Both the position numbers and the translations under genes were made by a program. A model generated the notes under the pieces. That model saw only the letters and a program-made list of their open reading frames with translations. It was not told the origin of the DNA and made no database searches. Source: Balanoglossus misakiensis (Eukaryota; Animalia; Hemichordata). From it: 64,000 nt of DNA. The DNA lies in NCBI GenBank assembly GCA_040954595.2, contig CM082591.2, positions 6,516,695-6,580,694 of the forward strand, given 5' to 3'. Shown here one piece after another: positions 50,551-61,590 of the stretch. How positions within the stretch are numbered: position 1 is the first letter of the stretch; every line of letters starts with the position of its first letter.

Positions 50551-52737
50551 ATGGCTGCCAAGGATTCCGGGGTTGCGAGGGAAATCGACGAGAATTTCCT
50601 CCTCTGTGCTGTCTGTTCAGAGAGGTACAAGAATGCGAAAATTCTACCGTGTCTACACACCTTCTGCGAGCCGTGTCTGGGTAAGCTGGCAGAGAAAACA
50701 CATGGTGCTGTAAACTGTCCAATATGTCGGCGGTCCCACGAGCTTCCGGGTAATGGCGTGTCCGGCTTCGACACCAGCGGTTTTCTGAACGATTTGGTTG
50801 AACTGCTCAATAAACGAGACACTTCGACGTCAACGATGAAGTGTGAACTGTGCGAGCAAGGCGTTCGGACCATGCACTGTGTCGAGTGTTCGTTCGAAAT
50901 GTGTGATGCTTGTGTCAAGGGACATGAAAAAGTCCCGACGACGAAACTGCACCGACTCGTTTCATTAGACGAATACAACACCGCCAAGTCGGTCGACCCC
51001 GCCTCCGTTCAGCCACCGATCTACTGCAGCAAACACCCAGACTACAAGATCGAATTCTACTGCGATACGTGCGACAAGGCGATCTGTCTGAAGTGCACGG
51101 CGTTGGATCATTGCAAACCCGATCACCAGTACCGTTGTGTGAAACAGGCAGCCGAAGCCTACACCGAAGATTTGCTAACGACCATTGACAAAGTGAAAAC
51201 GAAAGAAACTCAGGTCAGTGAGAGCACGATAGCTGTTACCCAAGTATCGACATCCTTAGACGAGAGCTTCAGGAGAGAAGGCGACCAACTGAGAGAACAC
51301 ATCCGTAAAACAATCGAAGAACTCACTCGTCTGATACAAGAAAACGGCGACAAACTTCTGAAAGAACTGAAAGACGAATACGACAGGCGAAAATTGAATT
51401 TAAACGCTCAGCTGAAAGAAATGGAAGTTTGCCAGAATGATCTGTCGCACGCGCGAGAATACGCCGAGAAACTGGTTCACCATGGCAACGCTACGCAGCT
51501 GATGACGGCAAAGAAGGGGATAGCCAGTCAGATGACAGAATTGCTGAAATTGGAGACAGAAACCGAACCGATCGAGAGCGACTACCTGAAGTTCGAACCG
51601 TGTGATGATTTCTGTACGGAGAAGAAGGTAGGAGCGATAGAGACTACAGTTCCTTATGAAATACTGGATGCTCCAAAATTCACAAGAATTGACGAAGAAA
51701 TCTGCGTCACAATGACGTCACCGGTTAAGACAAAAATCGACAAAGTTAACGCTGTCTTGACATCAGGAGAAAAAGTGGAAGTCAGCGATAATAACGACGG
51801 GACTCTGAGTTTGAAAACTCGTGCAAACACGGAAGGCGAACATGAACTGTCAGTGTCGGTACGTAAGAAAGTAGTACGGGGTTCACCGGTTAGAATTAAA
51901 GTTATTCCTAAGAAGGGGTTGGTGTGTAAATTTGGGGAGAGGGGTACAGGGGTTGATCAGCTGAATGATCCATGTGGGGTAACCCTCACAAGAACAGGAG
52001 ACGCGTTAGTTTCTGACTGTAATCATAGATTGCAATCTTTCAGTGTCGGTGGAAAACAGCAGAAAATATTCCGATTTGGAAATTTGGGTAATGCATTTCA
52101 ACCATACGATGCAGCTGTGTCAGTGGATGGGAATATTTTCACAACAGATAAAGGGAATAAGCAGGTAATTGTTTGTGACGAGAATGGCAAACTGATCAGG
52201 TGTTTTGGGAAGGGAAAGATTAAATTTCCGATCGGTATTGGCATAAGTCCTGTCAATGGGAGGGTTTATGTTGTGGATTACAGTGCACACTGTATTCACA
52301 TCTACGACCAAGATGGAAATCATATCAAATCATTTGGGAGTTATGGAAGTAAGGAGGGTGAGTTTATCCATCCATGTTTTGTCTGCATTGACGACAAAGG
52401 CAATGTCTATGTATCAGATACCTACAACCATCGAATTCAAGTGTTCGATGGTGATGGTCACTTCCTGTATACATTCGGCTCCAAAGGAAGAGGAGATGGT
52501 CAGCTGAGTTCCCCTCGCGGAGTGGCTGTGGATAAACACGGCTATGTGTACGTCTCAGATTGCGACAATAACAGAATTGTCAAATATGAATCTGGGGGGA
52601 AATTTGTCGGTCGTGTTGACAGTAACGATGATGGACTCAATGAACCCTATGGTATATGTGTAACGGATGATGAACCACTTTGTAAGGTTCTGGTTGCTGA
52701 CTGTAGAAACCACTGTGTAAAGGTATTCGCGCAGTAA
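50551..52737 (+). CDS. TRIM-NHL E3 ubiquitin ligase (TRIM2/3-like: RING, two B-boxes, coiled coil, filamin-like, 6 NHL), copy 1, intronless, 728 aa
   Basis: RING CAVCSERY..LPCLHTFCEPC..CPICR; B-box1 CELC..CVEC..MCDAC..H; B-box2 CSKH..FYCDTC..CLKC..H; filamin-like DNNDGT..GSP; six NHL blades. The start is taken at MAAKDS, which all close copies share. Confidence 0.93.
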   Translation: MAAKDSGVAREIDENFLLCAVCSERYKNAKILPCLHTFCEPCLGKLAEKTHGAVNCPICRRSHELPGNGVSGFDTSGFLNDLVELLNKRDTSTSTMKCELCEQGVRTMHCVECSFEMCDACVKGHEKVPTTKLHRLVSLDEYNTAKSVDPASVQPPIYCSKHPDYKIEFYCDTCDKAICLKCTALDHCKPDHQYRCVKQAAEAYTEDLLTTIDKVKTKETQVSESTIAVTQVSTSLDESFRREGDQLREHIRKTIEELTRLIQENGDKLLKELKDEYDRRKLNLNAQLKEMEVCQNDLSHAREYAEKLVHHGNATQLMTAKKGIASQMTELLKLETETEPIESDYLKFEPCDDFCTEKKVGAIETTVPYEILDAPKFTRIDEEICVTMTSPVKTKIDKVNAVLTSGEKVEVSDNNDGTLSLKTRANTEGEHELSVSVRKKVVRGSPVRIKVIPKKGLVCKFGERGTGVDQLNDPCGVTLTRTGDALVSDCNHRLQSFSVGGKQQKIFRFGNLGNAFQPYDAAVSVDGNIFTTDKGNKQVIVCDENGKLIRCFGKGKIKFPIGIGISPVNGRVYVVDYSAHCIHIYDQDGNHIKSFGSYGSKEGEFIHPCFVCIDDKGNVYVSDTYNHRIQVFDGDGHFLYTFGSKGRGDGQLSSPRGVAVDKHGYVYVSDCDNNRIVKYESGGKFVGRVDSNDDGLNEPYGICVTDDEPLCKVLVADCRNHCVKVFAQ

Positions 52738-53601
52738 ATAAGTGTCAATAAGACTCCCTGTATTAACAAACAAGCTTTACAAACAACTGTCCCTGTGGCT
52801 GATGTCAAAGAAGCAAAATCCGCAACTGTTGACATTAGAGAGAAGATGAACTCTGGTCTTTCACCTTCGAATGCATAAGCCATATAAATAGTGTACCAAA
52901 GTGACAATTTTAATTTTCAAAAAAAATTTAAACATTGGAAATTATAGTTTCATTTCTACTCTATGTATCACAGTTTTCTTTTCTATTCAAATTCGAGCGG
53001 AAAAGCTGTATTTTCCTAGAAATATTCACACAAATAATCTGTATCTACCAATCAAGTTTATATTCCGACACTCTCTGTATTAACTTGGAAGCACTGTTAT
53101 GTATATTGATTAATTCTTAAAGTTGTTTTAGTTGTTTTATAAATTTCAAATTTTCAACATCAGCGTCCTATACTGGAAATACTATTGCGTTTGATGTATT
53201 GCATAGCTATAATAAAATCAACAAAATTTAAATATCAACATGTGAGTGTCTATCAAAATAAAAGAAGCCAAGGTACAGCTATGGGACTGAAGCAGATTTT
53301 CGTAGGTATTTTTAGATACAATCCCCCCCCCCCCCCTTTGAGCGAATGGAATGGAAAGATGAGATACAATGTACATGTACAGTTCTGGAAATCATAAGGT
53401 CAAGTCGGGTCATTTAAAAGTTCACCTGAGGACAACGGCTCACCAATCAGAAATTTCAAAATGTCTAAGCCCCACAATGCACCATTGCCCACTTCGTAGA
53501 AATCCATTGTCAAACAATGAATTCGTAGAATTTGGTCACGTGATGGTAACTATAGCCAGGTCACGAGTCCGGTAAACAGACGATCAACGAACAGCGCGAT
53601 C

Positions 53602-55794
53602 ATGGCTGCCAAGGATTCCGGGGTTGCAACGGAAATCAACGAGAATTTCCTCCTCTGTGCTGTCTGTTCAGAGAGGTACAAGAATGCGAAAATTCTACCG
53701 TGTCTACACACCTTCTGCGAGCCGTGTCTGGGTAAGCTGGCAGAGAAAACTCATGGTGCTGTAAACTGTCCAATATGTCGGCGGTCCCACGAGCTTCCGG
53801 GTAATGGCGTGCCCGGCTTCGACACCAGCGGTTTTCTGAACGATTTGGTTGAACTGCTCAATAAACGAGACACTTCGACGTCAACGATGAAGTGTGAACT
53901 GTGCGAGCAAGGCGTTCGGACCATGCACTGTGTCGAGTGTTCGCTCGAAATGTGTGATGTTTGTTCCAGGGGACACGTAAAAGTCCCGATGACGAAACTG
54001 CACCGGCTCGTTCCATTGGACGAATACAACACCGCCAAGTCGGTCGACCCCGCCTCCGTTCAGCCACCGATCTACTGCAGCAAACATCCAAACTGCGAGA
54101 TCGAATTCTACTGCGATACATGCGACAAGGCGATCTGTCTGAAGTGCACGGCGTTGGATCATTGCAAACCCGATCACCAGTACCGTTCTGTGAAACAGGC
54201 AGCCGAAGCCTACACCGAAGATTTGCTAACGACCATTGACAAAGTGAAAACGAAAGAAACTCAGGTCAGTGAGAGCACGATAGCTGTAACCCAAGTATCG
54301 ACATCCTTAGACGAGAGCTTCAGGAGAGAAGGCGACCAACTGAGAGAACACATCCGTAAAACAATTGAAGAACTCACTCGTCTGATACAAGAAAACGGCG
54401 ACAGACTTCTGAAAGAACTGAAAGACGAATACGACAGGCGAAAATTGAATTTAAACGCTCAGCTGAAAGAAATGAAAGTTTGCCAGAATGATCTGTCGCA
54501 CGCGCGAGAATACGCCGAGAAACTGGTTCACCATGGCAACGCTACGCAGCTGATGACGGCAAAGAAGGGGATAGCCAGTCAGATGACAGAATTGCTGAAA
54601 TTGGTGACAGAAACCGAACCGATAGAGAGCGACTACCTGAATTTTAAACCGTGTGATGATTTCTGTAAGGAGAAGAAGCTAGGAGCGATTGAGACCACTG
54701 CAGTTGCCTATGAAATAGTGGATGCTCCAGACTTCACAAGATTAGACGAAGAAATCTACGTCACAATGACGTCACCGCTCAAGACAAAGATCGACGAAGT
54801 TGAGGCTGCCTTGACATCAGGAGAAAAAGTGGAAGTCAGCGATAATAACGACGGAACACTAAGTTTAAAAACTCGTGCAAACACGGAAGGCGAACGTGAA
54901 CTGTCAGTGTCGGTACGTAAGAAAGTAGTACGGGGTTCACCGGTTAGAATTAAAGTTATTCCTAAGAAGGGTTTGGTGTGTAAATTTGGGGAGGAGGGTA
55001 CAGGGGTTTGTCAGCTGCAGAAGCCTTATGGGGTAACCCTCACAAGAACAGGAGATGCGTTAGTTTCTGACTATGGTAATCATAGATTGCAATCTTTCAG
55101 TGTGGGTGGAACACAGCAGAAAATGTTCCAATTTGGAAATTTGGGTAATGCATTTCTACCAAACGATGCAGCTGTGTCAGTGGATGGAAATGTTTTCACA
55201 ACAGATCAAGGAAATAAGCAGGTAATTGTCTGTGACGAGAATGGCAAACTGATCAAGTATTTTGGGAAGGGAAAGATTAAATTGCCGATCGGTATTGGCA
55301 TAAGTCTTGTCAATGGGAGGGTTTATGTTGTGGATTACCATGGACACTGTATTCATATCTACGACCAAGATGGAAATCATATCAAATCATTTGGGAGTTA
55401 TGGAAGTAAGGAGGGTGAGTTTAACTATCCATGGTTTGTCTGCATTGACGACAAAGGCAATGTCCATGTATCAGATACCGGAAACCATCGAATTCAAGTG
55501 TTCGATGGTGATGGTTACTTCCTGTATACATTCGGCTCTTGCGGAAGTGGAGATGGTCAGCTGAGTTCCCCCCGCGGAGTGGCTGTGGATAAACGCGGCT
55601 ATGTGTATGTCTCAGATAAAGGAAATAACAGAGTTGTCAAATATCAATCTGGGGGGAAATTTGTCTGTCGTGTTGACAGTAACGATGATGGACTCAATGC
55701 ACCCCAAGGTATCTGTGTAACGGATGATGAACCACTTTGTAAGGTTCTGGTCGTTGACTATGGAAACCACTGTGTAAAGGTATTCGCGCAGTAA
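53602..55794 (+). CDS. TRIM-NHL E3 ubiquitin ligase, copy 2, intronless, 730 aa
   Basis: Same architecture; tandem duplicate offset by 3051 bp from copy 1, including flanks. Confidence 0.93.
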   Translation: MAAKDSGVATEINENFLLCAVCSERYKNAKILPCLHTFCEPCLGKLAEKTHGAVNCPICRRSHELPGNGVPGFDTSGFLNDLVELLNKRDTSTSTMKCELCEQGVRTMHCVECSLEMCDVCSRGHVKVPMTKLHRLVPLDEYNTAKSVDPASVQPPIYCSKHPNCEIEFYCDTCDKAICLKCTALDHCKPDHQYRSVKQAAEAYTEDLLTTIDKVKTKETQVSESTIAVTQVSTSLDESFRREGDQLREHIRKTIEELTRLIQENGDRLLKELKDEYDRRKLNLNAQLKEMKVCQNDLSHAREYAEKLVHHGNATQLMTAKKGIASQMTELLKLVTETEPIESDYLNFKPCDDFCKEKKLGAIETTAVAYEIVDAPDFTRLDEEIYVTMTSPLKTKIDEVEAALTSGEKVEVSDNNDGTLSLKTRANTEGERELSVSVRKKVVRGSPVRIKVIPKKGLVCKFGEEGTGVCQLQKPYGVTLTRTGDALVSDYGNHRLQSFSVGGTQQKMFQFGNLGNAFLPNDAAVSVDGNVFTTDQGNKQVIVCDENGKLIKYFGKGKIKLPIGIGISLVNGRVYVVDYHGHCIHIYDQDGNHIKSFGSYGSKEGEFNYPWFVCIDDKGNVHVSDTGNHRIQVFDGDGYFLYTFGSCGSGDGQLSSPRGVAVDKRGYVYVSDKGNNRVVKYQSGGKFVCRVDSNDDGLNAPQGICVTDDEPLCKVLVVDYGNHCVKVFAQ

Positions 55795-56747
55795 ATAAGT
55801 GTCCATAAGACTCCCTGTATTAACAAACAAGCTTTACAAACAACTGTCCCAGTGCCTGATGTCAAAGAAGCAAAATCCGCAACTGTTGACATTAGTGAGA
55901 AGATGAACTCTGGTCTTTCACCTTCGAATGCATAAGCGATAGAAATAGTGTACCAAAGTGACAATTTTAATTTTCCCCAAAAAAATGTAAACATTGGAAA
56001 TTATAGTTCCATTTCTACTCTATGTAACACAGTTTTCTTTTTTTTTCAAATTCGAGCGGAAAAGCTGTATTTTCCTAGAAATATTCACACAAATAATCTG
56101 TCTCAACCAATCAAGTTTGGTATGAATATTCCAACACTCTCTGTATTAACTTGGAAGCACTGTTTTGTATATTGATTCTTTTTAAAGTTGTTTTAGTTTT
56201 TTATAAATTTCAAATTTTCAACATCAGTGTCCTACTGGAAATACTATTGCGTTTGATGTATTGCATAGATATAATAAAATCAACAAAATTTAAATATCAA
56301 CATGTGAGTGTCTATCAAAATAAAAGAAGCCAAGGTACAGCTATGGGACCGAAGTAGATTTTCGTATGTATTTTTAGATACACCCCCCCCCCCCCCCCTC
56401 CTAAGCGAAGCGTCAAACGCGCTGGGTGTTTGATGTCGACTACATGGTAAAAAGTTACACTTTTCCCCGGCTTTCGGCGATATGCCACAGGTATATGAAA
56501 TAGTCCAATTGTGACCACGGTGATAATTGTTGGCACTGTGCAATGGGCGGCTTCTTGAAATACTCAGAGATGCAGATTTCCCGCAGACCTGATAAACATT
56601 CTGAGAATTGCGTTTATATCTTTGGGCTTTATACCTGGAAAGCCCTACTCAGGGAAAAGTAACAAATAAAACAAGTAAACGATATACATGTAGTGAGAAC
56701 AGTAGACCCAGAATTTTGGATAGAAAAACCATCTGTGTCATTGGAGT

Positions 56748-57146
56748 GTGTTCATATTTAAAGGTCACCGTATAGGCTCACCAGTCGCCAGGGAAAGACT
56801 CATGCCGTTGGCCGTCTATGAAGTCTGCAGACGGACTAGATTCTGATGATAGACAAATCTGATTCATGCATCAATCCCGTGTGTTCATATTTAAAGGTCA
56901 CCGTATAGGCTCACCAGTCGCCAGGGAAAGACTCATGCCGTTGGCCGTCTATGAAGTCTGCAGACGGACTAGATTCTGATGATAGACAAATCTGATTCAT
57001 GCATCAATCCCGTGTGTTCATATTTAAAGGTCACCGTATAGGCTCACCAGTCGCCTGGGAAAGACTCATGCCGTTGGCCATCTATAAAGTCTGCAGGCGG
57101 AATAGATTCTGATGATAGACAAATCTGATTCATGCATCAATCCCGT
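56748..57146. repeat. 133-bp tandem repeat, 3 copies
   Basis: GTGTTCATATTTAAAGGTCACCGTATAGGC... starts at 56748, 56881 and 57014. Confidence 0.92.
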
Positions 57147-58030
57147 GAGAGACAAACAGAAAGAAAAAAACCAACCTATACATTTGTCCCAACCCCCAAT
57201 AAAATCACACAACAGAGGGCAGGCGTGACAGCCCTGATAACCCCAGGACTTCAGGTCAAAGAAACGGATCGATATGTGTTCACTTGCCCACTCCACACTC
57301 TATATGTACCAAAGAATTGATTACATCATCGCCCAGATTCCTCCGGGTTTATTTGCATAAACGCGCCGCTGAATACTGGAAGGTGGCCCAGTGGGTAGTC
57401 TGTTAGGGATTCATTGTATTACGCTGAGATTCTACATGTGTAGGACGATCATAATATTATAAGCACTATTTCACATATTCTGTCAAGATCTTCTCTCTAC
57501 GATTCACATTCTGGACAAATTTTTATCATATTTGTCGTTTACAGTGAAGGTGGCTGCAATGCGGACAGCGACTTAGTAATGTATAAGGGCATTTCATTCA
57601 TGCAGCACTCAGCTTGCGTCTGACACAACTTTCGTTGAATGAGCATGTACAATGTATATGCATGTTATTAGAATCTGCACGGAGGCGTTGAAATGCAATA
57701 CATTATTAAGGCCAGTTATCGGCTGGTTGGATTGATTGATGCTGATAGTGGCAGCTCAATGTTTAAAGACTCGAAACTGTTAAAACAAGAACTAGCTAGG
57801 TTACACAGGCATCTGTGAATTGACGAGTATCTTTATATAGACCTACGTGTAGTATGCAGTCCAAAGATCAAAACGAAAAGTTTGTCCAACTCAATACTGC
57901 CTAGCTACTGGACTTTAGTTTGCCACGCCTACATACTACAGTATCACGTACGCAGAGTCAATTCATAAGCAAATCACATGACTTCAGAGAGACAGGTACA
58001 AACTGGCGCACAATCTAGGCGTTCACCAAA

Positions 58031-60291
58031 ATGGCTACAAAGGCGACCACCTTTCTGGAGGAAATCAACGAGAATTTTCTCCTCTGTAGTGTATGCTCAC
58101 AGCGATACCAGAATGCTAAGCTTCTACCGTGTCTGCACACTTTCTGTGAGCCGTGTCTGGGTAAGCTGGCCGGGGGAGGCCGGTCTGTGACCTGCCCGGA
58201 GTGTCGGCGATCACACCTACTGCCCGCCGACGGTACAGCCGGCCTAGACAACAACCCGTTCTTGAACGATTTGGTGGACTTGTTCAAGAAACGAGGTGAC
58301 AAGCAAGAAGATCTGGCGAAATGTGAAGGCTGCAAGCAAGGGGATCAGGTGAAGCACTGCGTGGAGTGTGCCATCGCCATATGCTCCGCGTGTGAAGCCA
58401 CGCACAAGGTGCTTCCGCTGACGAGATCCCACCGCCTGATTTCCCTTGACGAGTATCTCTCGGCCAAGTCCTCCGACCCGGCGTCAGTGCAGCCTCCGAT
58501 CTACTGCACCAAGCACCCAAACTACGAGATCGAATTCTACTGCGATACATGCGACGCGGCCATCTGTCTGAAGTGTACCGTGTTGGAACATCCAATGACA
58601 CAGCACAAATACAGGTGCGTCAAAGATGCCGCCACAGACTACACCAAGCATCTGGCGGCCATGATTGACAAAGTGAAAATGAAAGAAACCGAAGCAAACG
58701 ACAGCAAAACTGCCGTGACCTTGCAATCCCTGGATACGTGCTTCAAGAAAGAAACCAAGAAACTGAAAGATCACACTCAGAAAACCATAACAGAAACGAC
58801 TCGTCTTATTACAGAAGATGACGACAAACTTCAGACAGACAAGTTGAGAGTCCAGAGAGGGTGACAGAGAGTAGAAACGGAACAATGACTTTGAAAACGG
58901 GTGTGTCGAAGACTAAAACGGATGATGAAGATAACACCGTAGCCACGGCAACGGGAGACAACAGAACGCACGGTTCAGATTCTACCGACGCGGTCAAATC
59001 GGAATCGAAGGAAGTTGAGAGTCCAGAGATTGTGAAAGAGAGTAAAAACGGAACAATGACTTTTAAGACGATTGTGTCGAAGACTCGAACGGATGATGGA
59101 GATAACACAGTATCCACGGCAACGGGAGACAACAGAACGCACGATTCAGCTTCTACCGACGCGGTCAAATCGGAATCGAAGGAAGTTGAGAGTCCAGAGA
59201 TTGTGAAAGAGAGTAAAAACGGAACAATGACTTTGAAGACGCGCGTGTCCAAGACTCGAACGGATGATGAAGATAACACCGTAGCCACGGCAACAGGAGA
59301 CAACAAAACGCACGGTTCAGCTTCTACCGACGCGGTCAAAACGAAGGGATTTGATGGTGTGGAGAGGGTGAAAGTGAGTAAAAACGAAACAACGACTTTG
59401 GAGACTCCAATCCGTAAGAAACCTGTACAGGGATCACCAGTTAGAAGTAATGTGGTCCCTAAGAAAGGGTTGATATGTAAATTTGGGGAGGAGGGTTCAG
59501 GGGTTGGTCGGCTGAAGGAGCCTTATGGGGTAACACTTTCAAGAACAGGAGATGCGTTAGTTTGTGACTTTCGTAATCATAGATTGCAATCTTTCTGTGT
59601 GGGTGGAAAACAGCAGAAAATATTCCAATTTGGAAATTTGGGTAATGCATTTCAGCCAAAAGTTGCAGCTGTGTCAGTGGATGGAAATGTTTTCACAACA
59701 GATGAAGGAGATGAGCAGGTAATTGTCTGTGACGAGAATGGCAAACTGATCAGGTGTTTTGGGAAGGGAAAGATTAAATGGCCGATCGGTATTGGTATAA
59801 GTCCTGTCAATGGGAGGGTTTATGTTGTGGATATCCATGGACACTGTATTCACATCTACGACCAAGATGGAAATCATATCAAATCATTTGGGAGAAGGGG
59901 AAGTAAGGAGGATGAGTTTATCCGTCCATGGTTTGTCTGCTTAGACGACAAAGGCAATGTCTATGTATCAGATGCTTGGAACCATCGAATTCAAGTGTTC
60001 GATGGGGATGGTCACTTCCTGTATACATTCGGGTCCACAGGAAGTGGAGATGGTCAGCTGTTTCAACCCCGCGGAGTGGCTGTGGATAAACGCGGCTATG
60101 TGTATGTCTCAGATTACGGCAATAACAGAATTGTCAAATATGAATCTGGGGGGAAATTTGTCTGTCGTGTTGACAGTGACAATGATGGACTTAGACATCC
60201 CCGAGGTATCTGTGTAACCGACGACGAACCGTTCGGCAAAGTAGTAGTTGTTGATGGAGGCAACAATTGTGTCAAAGTGTTTGCACAGTAG
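58031..60291 (+). pseudogene. Divergent TRIM-NHL paralog (copy 3), split into two frames; distal coiled coil and most of the filamin domain replaced by 171-bp repeats
   Basis: ORF 58031-58864 encodes RING, two B-boxes and the start of the coiled coil. ORF 58861-60291, in another frame, encodes 57-aa repeats plus an intact NHL propeller. The junction is at about 58840. It could be a pseudogene, two products or an assembly error. Confidence 0.7.
58841..59403 (+). repeat. 171-bp (57-aa) coding tandem repeat, about 3.3 copies
   Basis: AAGTTGAGAGTCCAGAG at 58841, 59012 and 59183. Confidence 0.9.
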
Positions 60292-61590
60292 AAAACGAAT
60301 GACAACATTACTGATCGAAAAACAAAACACAGATAACACTATGATTTTGTTAACGCTGGGTGTTTGCATTTTGAATACAGTGTAAAAAGGAAGAGTTGAA
60401 TTAGCATTCTCGACACAGACAACTATCTCGATATTCTGGCAGTTGACATCTTCCCCGCATGCGCAGTGTGGTGCAGTAACACGAGCCTGAGGGATGATCC
60501 GTGAGGCCTGATGACCACGCCTTTTTCTTTTTCATTATAAAGAAAATAAGTTTTGATATTTTTAGTTGTTATATATTTAGAAGCATTTGATTATAGAGAT
60601 ACATGTATTATTTCCTGTAACGTCATAAAATTCATGTCATGGCATTGTTGGGATATCGGTAGAAGGGTTTGCGCACCATCATAGGTATGGAAAAACAGAG
60701 TAAAGAATTCTCAACGGATTTTTTATTATTGTACCAAATGTCTAGATGTTTGTGGTTTTCCTTTCGCTTTAAAGTGACAAAGTCGCACTTTTTGACATTA
60801 TTCGATTATTCCGGTTATCTTATTTTGGTGGCTTACTATGTACGCGGAAACGCGTAAAATACTTCAGTTTTGACGTTTAACTACCATGTTAATTCATTTC
60901 AGTGCAGTTGTGAATTGATATTGGTGACTGAGAACATGAAACCAATTAGGCACATTGGTCGCACAAATCTGACAATGCCAAACGGAAATATTTTCAATTT
61001 TAGCAATGATTACCATTGTTTTCTCACAGCCCGCCATTTTCAAATAAAATTCCACATTCAAACTGAAAAAAATTGTGTTTCTGAATCATTTCTCCTCTGC
61101 AAAACATAATCTAAATACATACATGTTTAAAAGCCATGCATGTGGAAATAAATGCGATGGATTCATGGACACGAAAACAGACAAATATCTTTTCCACATT
61201 TCGAAAAAAAAAGAAATTTTGCTACAAAATGTATTTATAAGCTGCTGTTGTCTGCGCGCAAAATTGTTGATGACAGTGTTGGCACAGCTCGGGAATCATG
61301 ATCAGGAAGAATAAGATACAACGTACATGTGCAGTTCTGAAGGTCATATGAGGTCACGTCGGGTCATTTAAAAGTTCACCTGAGGACAACGAATATTATT
61401 CTTTTGATTTGTGTTCACGAATCTAAGATTTCAGAAAATCTAAACCCCACGATCCACAAAAGAAAGACCATAGTATAGCCCCTTTCGTAGAAATACGTTG
61501 TCAATGCACAGTTCGTAGAATTTTGGTCACGTGATGGTAACTAGCCAGGTCACGAGTCCAGTAAACAGACGATCAACAAACAGCGCGATC

